From assembly GCF_001194135.2 (NCBI RefSeq), contig NC_068985.1:124155996-124206630 (forward strand): a stretch of 50,635 nucleotides of DNA. The letters run 5' to 3'. Of this stretch, positions 37,723 through 50,635 are shown one piece after another. Position numbers and translations under genes: made by a program. The DNA is from Octopus bimaculoides. Taxonomy: Eukaryota. Under the pieces are notes generated by a model, which was given only the letters and a program-made list of their open reading frames with translations, was not told where the DNA came from and searched no databases. Position 1 is the stretch's first letter. Each line of letters opens with the position of its first letter.

Positions 37723-38063
37723 TGGCATCTTGGGCAAGTGTCTTCTACTATAGCCTCGGGCCGACCAAAGCCTTGTGAGTGGATTTGGTAGACGGAAACT
37801 GAAAGAAGCCTGTCGTATATATGTATATATATGTATGTATGTGTGTGTATATGTTTGTGTGTCTGTGTTTGTCCCCCCAACATCGCTTGACAACCGATGC
37901 TGGTGTGTTTATGTCCCCGTAACTTAGCGGTTCGGTAAAAGAGACCGATAGAATAAGTACTAGGCTTACAAAGAATAAGTCCTGGGGTCGATTTATTCGA
38001 CTAAAGGTGGTGCCCCAGCATGGCCGCAGTCAAATGACTGAAACAAGTAAAAGAGTAAAAGAG
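37723..38063 (+). mobile_element. SINE family B (5' part in gap)
   Basis: Body and complete tail ggtggtgccccagcatggccgcagtcaaatgactgaaacaagtaaaagagtaaaagag. Confidence 0.92.
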
Positions 38064-38154
38064 TATACATGTGTGTGCGTGCGTGCATATATAAATGTGT
38101 GTGTCTGTGTGCCTGATTGCCTCTGTGTGTATGTGTCTATATGCATGCATATAA

Positions 38155-38192
<38 letters not shown>

Positions 38193-38350
38193 TATGTATA
38201 TAGAGAGATAAACATAGATATAGATGTAGATACAGGAAAATTGGGTTTCTTTACACGAATAGAAGTACAAATAAGAGAAAACTGAGGAAAAATTAAAATA
38301 AAATTGAAAACAAAACTTTCGTGGGGAGAGTAAAATAATTGATAATAAAA

Positions 38351-38425
<75 letters not shown>

Positions 38426-38594
38426 AAGCAGCAGCAGTAGCACCTGGAGAGAATTGGGTGGCTGATAACAAGAAAATCACCAACTACAGCTACACACAAA
38501 GAACAAGCAGAGAAATGGTTGGATATAGAATTTACTGGTAAAATATTTAGAATCACACTTTGTGATAAAAAAAAAAAAAAAGTGNNNNNNNNNN

Positions 38595-39427
38595 CATACA
38601 TACACCCACATACACACACACACCATATATACATACATACACACACGTATATACATACGTATACATGCGTGGGTACAATTATATTTAACACATTCATCGA
38701 AATATCTTTGCTGCAGAAACTATCCAGAAAGAGCAATCCTCTTTATATACATTGCACGCAAACAACACATCGCTGCTCAATGAATGACGTCACTGAATCG
38801 GAAAAGAATTGCATTTCTGCGTCTTTATGCACCATCCTGAAAGTTTAACGAATCCGTTTATATTTAAACAACAAATAGGATATCTGTCGATGTGCTCAAT
38901 GCTTGTTGCAGTCGGAAGTAATCAAAGAGAGGCGCATGAAGCAACATTGACTGAAAATAGGCGTGTACAACTATATTTAATATGTTCGTGTACACTCGAA
39001 CGTAGAAAGAACTTCGCTTCGGAAACTGACTCGCGAGAAAAGTTCTCTTCATAGCTATCTATGTGTGAAGATATAACCACATATACATACAGTAGTGGCT
39101 GTGTGGTAAGTAGCTTGCTTACCAAACACATGGATCCGGGTTCAGTCCCACTGCGTGGCATCTTGGGCAAGTGTCTTCTACTATAGCCTCGGGCCGACCA
39201 AAGCCTTGTGAGTGGATTTGGTAGACGGAAACTGAAAGAAGCCTGTCGTATATATGTATATATATGTATGTATGTGTGTGTATATGTTTGTGTGTCTGTG
39301 TTTGTCCCCCCAACATCGCTTGACAACCGATGCTGGTGTGTTTATGTCCCCGTAACTTAGCGGTTCGGTAAAAGAGACCGATAGAATAAGTACTAGGCTT
39401 ACAAAGAATAAGTCCTGGGGTCGATTT
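38595..39427 (+). repeat. Duplicate of 37003-37994 (probable uncollapsed haplotype)
   Basis: 38595-38748 matches 37003-37156 with 2 substitutions; 39156-39427 matches 37723-37994 with no difference seen; a 10-N gap sits at the junction. Confidence 0.85.
39093..39427 (+). mobile_element. SINE family B (3' part in gap)
   Basis: A-box-like tggctgtgtggtaag, B-box gggttcagtccc; same sequence as the 37.7-kb copy. Confidence 0.92.
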
Positions 39428-40212
39428 NNNNNNNNNNNNNNNNNNNNNNNNNNNNNNNNNNNNNNNNNNNNNNNNNNNNNNNNNNNNNNNNNNNNNNNNN
39501 NNNNNNNNNNNNNNNNNNNNNNNNNNNNNNNNNNNNNNNNNNNNNNNNNNNNNNNNNNNNNNNNNNNNNNNNNNNNNNNNNNNNNNNNNNNNNNNNNNNN
39601 NNNNNNNNNNNNNNNNNNNNNNNNNNNNNNNNNNNNNNNNNNNNNNNNNNNNNNNNNNNNNNNNNNNNNNNNNNNNNNNNNNNNNNNNNNNNNNNNNNNN
39701 NNNNNNNNNNNNNNNNNNNNNNNNNNNNNNNNNNNNNNNNNNNNNNNNNNNNNNNNNNNNNNNNNNNNNNNNNNNNNNNNNNNNNNNNNNNNNNNNNNNN
39801 NNNNNNNNNNNNNNNNNNNNNNNNNNNNNNNNNNNNNNNNNNNNNNNNNNNNNNNNNNNNNNNNNNNNNNNNNNNNNNNNNNNNNNNNNNNNNNNNNNNN
39901 NNNNNNNNNNNNNNNNNNNNNNNNNNNNNNNNNNNNNNNNNNNNNNNNNNNNNNNNNNNNNNNNNNNNNNNNNNNNNNNNNNNNNNNNNNNNNNNNNNNN
40001 NNNNNNNNNNNNNNNNNNNNNNNNNNNNNNNNNNNNNNNNNNNNNNNNNNNNNNNNNNNNNNNNNNNNNNNNNNNNNNNNNNNNNNNNNNNNNNNNNNNN
40101 NNNNNNNNNNNNNNNNNNNNNNNNNNNNNNNNNNNNNNNNNNNNNNNNNNNNNNNNNNNNNNNNNNNNNNNNNNNNNNNNNNNNNNNNNNNNNNATAAGT
40201 TCTGGCATATGT

Positions 40213-40250
<38 letters not shown>

Positions 40251-40524
40251 ACACACACACACACATACACACACACACTCACACTCACACACACACACAC
40301 GCACGCACACACACACACACACACCCATACACACATATATATTGTTAATGTCAGAAACTTAGAAACTTCGGGAGAACGCGAAATAATTATCTTTTGGAAC
40401 AACAAAATTCGAAGTGGATTAAGCAACTTCAACTTTATCGACCCAAAGGACTTTTTAACCCAATATTTACATGTTGTGATATATAGCGTTGTCTGCTTCC
40501 AGCTCCACCGTTCCCGAATAGAGA

Positions 40525-40653
<129 letters not shown>

Positions 40654-41616
40654 ATACACACACGCACACGACTGTATGTATATATCCTTTACTTCGTTTC
40701 CAGGAAACGTTTTTGAGCACGCTTACAAAAGCCCAGATTTCATTATGTCGGCTACGGCGTAGTGATACCAACCTGCAACAGCAGTTTTGTGGGATCGTAC
40801 CGAGCTGTGTCGACATAGCGTAGGATGATTACAGTAGAAATAATCAAAATAATTCAAGAATGGAATTTATAATTCTATCCTTAGATTATTTATATTATTC
40901 TTACTACATGTATACATGTATACATGCATGCATACATACATACATACATACATGCATACATACATACATACATACATACATACATACATACATGTATGTA
41001 TGTATGTATGTATATATTAAAGCCAGACAGTAGTGTCAATTAAATCAGTATGGTGCTTATGAACAGTAACGTTCTTCACCAATAACTGGCGTCCCCTCTA
41101 GATTTCATTTACCTAATTTCACTCGCAACAACAAAAACATCAATAATAATAAATATTTTTTAATAATAATAATAATAGAAGAAGAACATGTATTTTACCA
41201 CACACACACACCCATTATGTGTATTCATAAAGACACACATTTTAGATGCATGTATGCATATGTTAGTGTGCGGAGAAATGTATAGACACCCGTACAAACA
41301 TATGTTGGGAAATTTGCATACATGCCTAATGTGCGATCGAAATCAAAAGCACAGAGTTGCGACACGAAAATATTACGTACACAGCTATACCTGCGCTTGA
41401 TAGATTGATTGATAGGTTCATGAATGAAGCTTAGATTCGAAAATATGAGAAAATATTTTTTCGATCAATATTAAGGATATTGATTTTTTTTTTCTTCTTT
41501 TTACAATATCACATTCAGCACATTTTCGAGGATGATTATGAAAGTTGCTTGAATTGACAACTAGGCAAGAGCGTTTACACACACACACACACATACACAC
41601 ACAAACGCGCATATAA

Positions 41617-41703
<87 letters not shown>

Positions 41704-41963
41704 GTTAGCGTGTTATCCATTATCAGCTATGATAAGACAGACATGCTATGACCAGTTCTTCCTGACCGTGAACAGGCCTTCTTATTCACACACTATGTGT
41801 TCAGTAATCCTCGAATTACATCATCTAATAAGGACTTCCTTTTCTTTTAAGATGTTTTTTTTTAAACTTTTACCAGAGTTTAGCTACTATGGCGAAATGC
41901 GTGAGCAATTACACTGGGCCTCCAGTGGACAAATATATAGATTAGATAGATAGAAAGACGGAT

Positions 41964-42029
<66 letters not shown>

Positions 42030-42053
42030 TCAACCACTCCGTTAATCTAGAAG

Positions 42054-42275
42054 TGGAACCGCGTGGCTTAGTGATTAGGGTGTTGGACTCATGATCGTAA
42101 GATTGTGGTTTTGATTCCTGGAGCTACCGAGGCGTGGGGTTCTTAAGCAAAACTCTTCATGTCACGTTACTCCAGTCCACTCAGCTGACAAAAATGGGTA
42201 ATCCTGCAGCGGATCGGCATCCCGTCCATGTGGGGAATATATACGTCGTGGAAACCGGGAAACCGGCCCTATGAA
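42054..42275 (+). mobile_element. tRNA-derived SINE family C (V/Meta-like central domain)
   Basis: A-box tggcttagtgattag, degenerate B-box ggttttgattcc, central ccagtccactcagctgacaaaaatgggt...cctgcagcggatcggcatcccgtcca, 3' ggaaaccgggaaaccggccc. Confidence 0.8.
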
Positions 42276-42339
42276 TTTATATAAATTGGCAAGCAACTTT
42301 ACTAACTTACTCCATTTGGTTAATCAGTCCATCCAAATG

Positions 42340-43130
42340 AACCCATGGAAGAATTATCAAGTACGTCCTCGACTTCATCGCACCAATTGTTAAGGAACAT
42401 GTTAAGCTAATCCCTTGAGACTATTCCGGAGATGATATTACTTTGTTTAATAGATTAGCTAAGTCTTATCCTTCCTTTTTACAACTGGTTATAGAAAATT
42501 ATTATTCTTATCTTCGCTAGAAAATTTACCAAAATCTCCCAGGTAGGATTAGACATTATAACTTACAGCTAGAAATACTCCCATCCTTTTCTAAAGTCAT
42601 CTTTATGGGAGAAAACCTCGTATTGATAACTTTAATACTGTCATGGGCTCTTCTGACTCCGCTCAGGTGATGGATTTCGTGTGTATAATCCTCGTCAATA
42701 CTCCCTTGATTTAGGTGGGTGTATGTATAGGGAAGACAAATTGCTTACCGCTGTAGACCATACGCCTATAGCCCGGTAGAAAACTAGAGAGATGGTTCAT
42801 AAATTCTATAAAAGCTATGGCTTGACAATCCTCTGCAACCACGGAATAAAAATAGTTGGCTTCCTACCTCTTACACCCGACAGTTGAACAGAGTTAAACT
42901 TTCCCAACCATAACCTAACGAGTTGCTACATTGCATCAATAATACTTCCTGTCACACAAATTCCATAATTAAGCGTTTCGTAAAAAAAAATTGTATCAGT
43001 AAGCATATCCAATAATTCCGCCAACAAGCAGATTTTGAATAATACGCCCAATACTATAATGAGGTCCTAGCTAGCAGCGATTTCGCCGACAGTGTTCAAT
43101 ATTATACGGGTCCTTCCTTGAAACATTCTC
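42340..43130 (+). mobile_element. Penelope-like element reverse transcriptase fragment (decayed)
   Basis: Frameshifted pieces DNFNTVMGSSDSAQVMDFVCI (42628-), YRED (42726-42737), FYKSYGLTI...IVGFLPLT and SISNNSANKQI resemble PLE RT motifs (TMGSxDxA, YRDD, FKxxGLxI...VNFLDVT). Confidence 0.72.
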
Positions 43131-44387
43131 TCAGAGAACCCCCCCCCACACACACACACACTCACGCGCGCGCAAAACCCCTATCAGTCCGGGATTCGGT
43201 ATATTTCACCTAGAAATAAACCTTCCGAAGTTGATACATGCAAGGATTGCCCCGCTATCCTGATATATAGTGGGATGAACAGCCCACCTGATCTAATATA
43301 CACACGTGTGAAAATTCCCTACAGTAGAACTATATAGTAGTAACTATATAGAAATTATTACTCTTAATGCTATACATCATATACATGTCCGTATGTCATT
43401 ATGCTATATGTGTATGTTCGTGCATGCTTCAACGAATACATATGTCTTTGTGTTTGGAGGTGCAGTGTATGCAGATAAGACCCAGCTGAGTGACGAAATC
43501 CGCTCTTAGCTATTCAGACATGTACTTTCTATTAAAAATACTGTCTATAATATTTTCGAAGCGTAGATTCTAGGATAGCTGAATCAAATATAAGTAAGTG
43601 TATGCATGCATATATGTATATATCTACAAATACACACACATATACACACACATACATATATACATACATACATACATACATACATACACACACACATACA
43701 AACCGTGAAACCCATGAAAGAAATGATAGCCAGGGGTAGAATGCTTTTGATAATGGGCCTGCTAGACAGGGAGATGATCAGGGACTAAACAACAACAATG
43801 AATTCATATTGAACGTATGAAACCTCAGATTACAGACGTTTATTTCTGTGCTGAGATAGATAGTAGCTGTATCAGTGAAGGTTGGCAGTAAGACAAAGCC
43901 ACAGCAATATCATCATGTCTGAATGCACTCTCCGACATTGATACAATAGAAAGGAGGAAATATTGGCAAGTCTAACATGTTCGACAACGGACGAATGTCT
44001 CTCTGTGATTTTCTGTGTGAGTGTTTGTGCCTGCGTGAAAATGCGTGTTTTTAAGTAACAAATATATGTATGTATGAGTGCATATATGTGCGTGCGTGTA
44101 CTATACAACTCGAGGAAAATATCAATATATGCTTGCATTAGCGTGAGGTAGGTGTGGAAGTGCGTGTGTATGTATGTGTGTACAGGTATTGTCATTGAGT
44201 GGTGCTTAAAAGCATGCATATTAGAAAACATGTTTATATGCGTTGAAGCTTTTACATGTGTTTGTGTATGTAAATGTAATGTGTGCATTATGGAAGTCTT
44301 TCTCTCTCTCACTCTCTCAATTACTCTTTATACACACGCACGCACGCACACACATACACACATACACACGCAAACACACACATATTA

Positions 44388-44433
44388 TTCTTTTAGTCTT
44401 TCATCTCTTTCAGTCATTTGACTGCAGCCATGC
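44388..44433 (-). mobile_element. SINE family B 3'-end fragment
   Basis: ttcagtcatttgactgcagccatgct is the reverse complement of the family B tail. Confidence 0.6.
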
Positions 44434-44992
44434 TAAACAAATATTTACATACACAGATGCAGAACATATAGTCATATATGCAAATATACGCATGTTATAA
44501 CATATTTATGCGTATATATAAGCACTGGCAGCTTCACCAGTCATTTTTATGTCGTACAAATTCAAGCGCTTCATAATCTTTCAAAATGGTTTTTACTACC
44601 TAAAAAATGTTCCTCATTACTATTTTCACTTTCCTTTTTTCCGCTAATCATCATACAAACATCTGGCGTTTTGCTTTTAATTACTATCATTCTTATCAGC
44701 ACAATGCGTCGAATCTGATCCTCGATGTATACACCCAAGAATCATACCATTTTAAGCATTACATAAAATCTATGAAAATATAATGTCCAAATACTTAACA
44801 GAGTAACTTTTGAGTGCTTGCCTTAATCTTTTCTTTACTGGCAATATGGCTTGTAGGGTTTTCTTCTGCATTTTTAAAACATTAAATTTAATGTCCAGCA
44901 ATATTTTATGACTAAAGTTAGTGGACAGGTTACCTAACTGTTCATGAGCCCTTCACCACTTGCACCTCCGACTTCAACTGAGAAAACTACAA

Positions 44993-45030
<38 letters not shown>

Positions 45031-45073
45031 ANNNNNNNNNNNNNNNNNNNNNNNNNNNNNNNNNNNNNNNNNN

Positions 45074-45126
<53 letters not shown>

Positions 45127-45611
45127 TGCACGCGTGCAAATACATCCTTGTAATGACATGCAACATATGTAGCTACAGACTTTGCTATCATGCTGATATC
45201 GTTATTGTCATTTCTTTATTCACAAGTTTTAGGTTTGTAGTCACAGAGCTGATGATTTTGGATTTTGGCGTTGATGATGGTGGTAATGATGATGATGTGA
45301 CATTATTTGTAGTGGTTGTCATAGTGACCTTGATACTTTTATTTCTGGTGTTTAGTGTCAAGTCAATCACCATTGATCTAAGATCAAAGAAACTTCATTC
45401 AACATTCAAAAGACACTACACAGCTACGTTATCACGTCATTTTCAGTTTACATGGAATTGCTTATATTGTTCGTGCTGTTAGTGTTGTTGCTGTTAGTAG
45501 TGGTGGAGGTGGTGGTGGTGGAGGTGGTGGTGGTGGAGGTGGTGTTGGTGGTAGTGGTGGTGATTGTATCCAGAGTTAATGACGGATAGACGTCGGGATG
45601 AAGGTTAATTT

Positions 45612-45644
<33 letters not shown>

Positions 45645-45649
45645 AAGAC

Positions 45650-45680
<31 letters not shown>

Positions 45681-45698
45681 TAGATAGATAGATTGATT

Positions 45699-45762
<64 letters not shown>

Positions 45763-45971
45763 TTCACTGTGACCGAGGAAAATATATACAAATACACAAA
45801 TTCACAGTAAAATATTCTACTTCATACTTCGTAAGCGTTTGCTGTGACGCATACAAACTTTTTGTACACACACACACATTTTATGTATACATACATACAT
45901 ACATCCATATATACATACATACACACACGCGCGTACACACACATACATACATACATACATACATACATACA

Positions 45972-46002
<31 letters not shown>

Positions 46003-46240
46003 TGGAAAAGTCGAGAAACTACATTTTGGCTAGGCGGATTGGTGTAGTCTTTAAAATCTTAAAATCTAAGTTTCTATAAGAGCAAAATTGCAGGCCGCAT
46101 TCTGAAACTCGTGGTCATACTTCATAATTTCCGTAAGCACAAAATACCGTAACTTGAGGTATTTGTAACGCAAGGACTACCTGTATTTATGTATGTATGT
46201 ATGTATGTATCTTTCTATCTATCTATCTATCTATCTATCT

Positions 46241-47100
46241 CGACGAGAAATTCCTAACCCACCTTTACAAGACGACGTTCGGGCCGGGAACTATGGATAA
46301 TTTCCAGAGATCCCTGGCTTGGCAATGCTATCGAGACGCACTACCAGTTCGAGAGAAGATCTACAGACACGGTTCGAAAACCACCGGACCGACCTGCCCG
46401 AGATGCGGTCAAAGCGACGAAACCGTTCTGCACGCACTCGTGCAGTGTCCAGATATTTCAGAGCTGTGGACCTTCGTCGAACGGATGTTGTCGCGTGTGG
46501 GACGAGCCCACTTATCAGCTGAGTCTACCGTGAATATTGTTCCGCCACCTTCCTTTAAACGGGAAGGAAAAACGGTTTTTGTAACACTGATAGCTATGGC
46601 AAAAGAATGCGTGTGGTGGACGCGTTTGAAAGGTCTACAAACAAACACTTTCGTCTCTGGTCAGTCCCTCGTCAACTTTTTCAAGTACCACTTGAAAAGG
46701 AGGATGAGGATAGAGAGGAAAGTGTTGTCGAATGAAAGTTTCAATAACAAATGGGTAAATGTGGCAAGAATGGTAAGAATGAAAGACGACACCATTTTAA
46801 GCATAGACTTGTAACAAAAAGAGACAAAAAGAGAGAAGGTACTTACTTTTAAAAAAAAAATGCCTGAGGTGACCGTGGTCTTTTCCGTAGGCTTTTCTCT
46901 CCACGGATAAACCTAATATGTTCCCCGTTTTTTACATCGACTGTGATACACGATCCCTATTGATCGCCCCCCACCCACGTTTCTTTTTTTTCTTCCCGCG
47001 ATCCCTTTTGATCGAAATTATCCCCCCCCCCAAGAAAAGCTCTACTTTGTAATTTGTCCATTTTCTGTATTTAGCCCTGTGTGGCTATAATAAAAAGATA
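46241..47100 (+). mobile_element. Tx1/L1-clade LINE 3' end, young (ORF2 C-terminus with zinc knuckle plus 3'UTR)
   Basis: About 190 uninterrupted codons to TAA 46812-46814, including CPRCGQSDETVLHALVQC (CCHC knuckle) and AKECVW; AATAAA at 47089-47094; (TATC)n on both sides. Confidence 0.9.
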
Positions 47101-47122
47101 TCTATCTATCTAGGACTGTATG

Positions 47123-47960
47123 TACGGGGTGAGGTGTCAAATCGTTTCTGGACTAGTCATGTTTAATAAAAAAAATAACCTATTTACCTAAGTTTTAATA
47201 TCATCTCCTTCGTTTTGGTCGCCTTGCGGAGCAACACACTGGTCCCAGCGTTCCTATCACTCTTGGAATCAGGCCTGGAAGTCTCTTTTCGTAAGCGAGT
47301 CGAGGATCTTCTGCGACAACGATATTAAAACGACGACCTTTGAATGCATTTTCATCCTGAGTAAGTGATGGAAGTATGCAAATGCTAAATATGGTGATTG
47401 GGGCGAGTGTAGAAGCAATACCATGTTGGTTTGGGCGAGAAAATCACGAGTAAAGAGAGCTCGGTGAAGAATCCAATTCTTCGCGCTCCACAGAGCCAGT
47501 AGCTTTCGCCAAATGCCCTCCCTCATCCGCTTCAAAAGGTCGCAGTAGAACTTTCAATTGACGGTCTGCCCCTGGGGAGATCGAATTCTCGATGCCTAAT
47601 ACCGCATTTCCGGCGGTGAAGCTCGTGGTAAGTCTTCCAGTTCGATGATCGTCTTCCGTAGACATCTTTCCGCCTTTGAAGCGCCTGTACCACTCGTCGT
47701 CTTAAACTCGGCAAAGCATGCTCAGTGTCTCTGTAGCAGATGTCCCAAGTTTAACGCAAAATCTCAAGTTGACACTTTTTTGCTGCCCACGACAATATCG
47801 CAGACTACACCATACACGTGATCACAAAAACACAAATTTCTCAACTTGCGAAGTAAACACAGTGATGTCACTGCTAGCTCTCACTTCGCCCGCAACCGTG
47901 TGCTGCCACTTGTTAGGACGCTACAGAACTAGTCCGGGAACCTTTTGATACCACTTCATA
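47123..47960 (-). mobile_element. Internally deleted mariner (non-autonomous)
   Basis: Imperfect ~33-bp TIRs with TA at 47123-24 and 47959-60; minus-strand EWYRRFKGGKMSTEDDHRTGRLTT (N-terminal HTH) and HSPQSPYLA (HPPYSPDLA motif) ... ERWDQCV; catalytic middle missing. Confidence 0.88.
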
Positions 47961-48089
47961 CGTATGTATTCGCATGCGTTATTATTTATATTTACTTGTC
48001 CCGCAACTTTGAAGTTCAATGAATAAATTCAATGAAATATAGAAATGTCTAAAATCAGTATTGAAGACGATATGATCGACCTAACGCTT

Positions 48090-48135
48090 AAAGGCATTGC
48101 TCCAGCATGACCACCGTCCAAAGACTAAAGCCGAT
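48090..48135 (+). mobile_element. SINE family B 3'-end remnant
   Basis: aaaggcattgctccagcatgaccaccgtccaaagactaaag resembles the family B tail. Confidence 0.5.
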
Positions 48136-48180
48136 ATACAGACAAAAGATAACAATAACAATATATTACACCGTTTGTGC

Positions 48181-48219
<39 letters not shown>

Positions 48220-48300
48220 CGCACATGCACACAGACACAGACACACGCACAGACGCACACATACATACATGCATGCATACATATATACATATCTACATAT

Positions 48301-48349
<49 letters not shown>

Positions 48350-49115
48350 CGCTTAGCTTTAGAATGGTGGCAGCTGATGAAGGAAATGTTCTCTATGTGA
48401 CCTGTGTGTTTTCTGTGCTCTGTTTATGTTCTGTTTCTCATTTTGTCTACATTGTTTTTGTGCCGTCCTTTACCCAGATATGCATCTATATATACATGTA
48501 GATGTAGGTATGTACATACATGTACGTATGTATGCATATACTCACATATTATTTGTATTATATATATATATATATATATATATTCACACAGACACACATA
48601 CAGGGTATGGAAGACAGAGAGAAGTAGAGGAGAACGAAAGAGAGGTTAGCCAGTAACTCCAAGCTATTAGATAGCAAGCAATAGGGTTGATACTCATCTA
48701 AGCTTCTTAACAGTTAAAGGTGTTATGTATTGACCACAGCTCAATTAGGCAAAAGACTTGGCAAGTGAGTCGATCTTTTGAAGGAGATCATCCAATATAA
48801 ACTGTGGCTTACACTAGTGAGATTTACCTAGCCAATGTTGCTGTAAGCTAAATCTACATGCGTGTGCATGTGTGTGCGTATGTATGTTTGTGTTTAAGTA
48901 TGTGTTTGTATTTGTGTGTATGCGCGTGTGTTCGTGTGTGTTCGTGTGTGTGCGTGTTCGTGTTGGTGTATGCTGTATTAAATAAATGACTGCGTTTTCT
49001 GTTGTTTTATATATAATTTCCTAATGTGTTCTGTATTGTTTGTTTGGTATGCTAATACCATAAACTGTAAAGAACTAATAACACACATACACACCACACA
49101 CATACACAGATATGC

Positions 49116-49183
<68 letters not shown>
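49116..49183. repeat. (GATA)n microsatellite
   Basis: Seen directly. Confidence 0.95.
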
Positions 49184-49184
<1 letters not shown>

Positions 49185-50254
49185 AAAAAATACGTGATTT
49201 CACCCAGTTCTAATATCAGCAGATACGAGGTAGTTATGATGTAATTATCAGAAATGTCAAGGACTATTTATTATCAGGTGAGGGATATTCCAAGAAGATT
49301 TCTTCATTGTTCTTATTTTTTTACCAGCATTAAAACAACGAGAAGAGGGCCACACGGTCGATTGACCTGTAAAAGTATGGTGCCAAATCTCTTTCAGTTA
49401 GTAGTTTACATTATATATACAAAATAAACTAGTACTAAATATAAAACACCGGAAAAATAGACAGCACAGTGATAACTAGAAGGCCTATAAATATCTGAGT
49501 TCTCTCAATCAGAAACATTCCTTAGAATTCACGCAAACGCGGTTGAAGAACAACAGTTCTTTGATGGCGTTTACTAGTGTGAGAGATAATTCATAAAAAC
49601 TCATGTTTATAGCAATTGTGTAAAGAAAAATAATGATAGCGAAAACGGAAGACCACTAGAAAATTAAATTTTATCATGCATATTTCTCCAAACAGGAATT
49701 CATTTCATGTTTATTAAATTCATTGTTAAGAATCTTTACACGAACGAAATATTTTCTCTACATTTCTGTTCATTTTTACTACTTTATTTTGAATGCTCTT
49801 ATGATTATTAAAGTTCTTGTAACATTTCAGCTCTAGTTAATTTTCCGTTTTAAATTCTGCATTTCACTGGCTCTATATACAACCAGTAATTTTCTGTAAA
49901 AGCTACTTCCGTTTACTATCGACTGATGAAGACATTACACAAGTTATTTTACTATTGCAGACTAAAGAAACACGAATTTGTGTCTCTAGAAGATATTTCG
50001 TTCTTATATATAAATGACATGATATTGTTTCTAATGTCCTTTCTTTTTCTTCATCATTGTATTTCTGCATAGTATTGATCTAAAACATGAATTCATTTCC
50101 TGTTTAACGAGCTCTTTGCCAAAAGACTTTACACAGAGTTGTGTTTTCGTTCTAATTGCACGATATGGATTTTTTTATTACACAAACGTGCGCACGCACA
50201 CATACATTCGTATATACGCACACACGCATCTTCTTATCTATCTATATAGTTCTC

Positions 50255-50392
50255 ACTTGCTTCCAAACCACATTGTTCTGGGTTTGGTCCCATTGCGTGA
50301 CACCTTCCTCAAGTGTCTTCTACTATAGTCTCGGGCCGACGAAATCTTTGTGAGTGGATTTGGCAAACGAAAACTGAAAGAAGCCTGTCGTA
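50255..50392 (+). mobile_element. SINE family B left arm
   Basis: cttgcttccaaaccacattgttctgggtttggtccc...aagtgtcttctactatagtctcgggccgac...ctgaaagaagcctgtcg, ending in (CA)n. Confidence 0.8.
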
Positions 50393-50439
50393 TTACACAC
50401 ACACACTCAGACACACACACACTCAGACACACACATATA

Positions 50440-50521
<82 letters not shown>

Positions 50522-50635
50522 TATGTGCGTAAAGCTTACAAACGACCATCGTGCACTGATTAACGAAAACAGTCTAATAATGGGGCATATAAGCCCGTGA
50601 CAAAAACCAGTAGGTTTTCCCGTACGCGTCTAAAT

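Noticed and set aside
40704-40823. Strong acceptor cctttacttcgtttccAG
   Set aside because: No convincing donor before stops in any frame and no recognisable peptide; could only be a terminal exon, which is unsupported.
42054-42130. tRNA gene
   Set aside because: The tRNA-like head has a broken acceptor stem and B-box and continues into a SINE body.
46197-46814. 205-aa ORF as a host zinc-finger gene
   Set aside because: The start codon lies in a microsatellite, and the protein is the CCHC-knuckle C-terminus of a Tx1/L1 ORF2.
48356-48400. CTGATGA hammerhead-like core as found in Penelope elements
   Set aside because: I could not form the required stems or find a properly placed GAAA.
49328-49374. 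Strong polypyrimidine acceptor with a possible GTATGG donor
   Set aside because: The 3' part matches the family D motif (gtcgattgacctg...gccaaatctc); no peptide support.

Overview
Eukaryotic, AT-rich, gapped draft-assembly sequence (N-runs cover several kb) that is saturated with microsatellites and retroposon debris. The repeat families and microsatellite density point to an octopus (coleoid cephalopod) intronic or intergenic region; this is inferred from recalled repeats, not from a database search. There is no complete gene, and almost every entry in the ORF track is a microsatellite, gap or antisense artefact. Supportable content: (i) at least four SINE-like families, here labelled A-D; (ii) 3' fragments of many non-LTR clades: four R4/Dong copies from three distinct families, HERO, CR1/L2-group, two RTE, one young Tx1/L1 and a Penelope-like RT; (iii) a deleted mariner, a solitary mariner TIR and a Tc1 fragment; (iv) a 268-bp near-perfect palindrome; (v) a probable haplotype duplication around 37.0-40.2 kb; (vi) a few weak candidate exons. 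The most interesting signal is a self-contained retroposon network. Two SINE families share their 3' stem-loop tails with two LINEs that are also in this window (family A with the Tx1 LINE, family B with the CR1/L2-group LINE). Several LINEs sit inside microsatellites, (TAA)n for Dong and (TATC)n for Tx1, and SINE tails supply some of those tracts. All alignments and translations quoted were done by eye.
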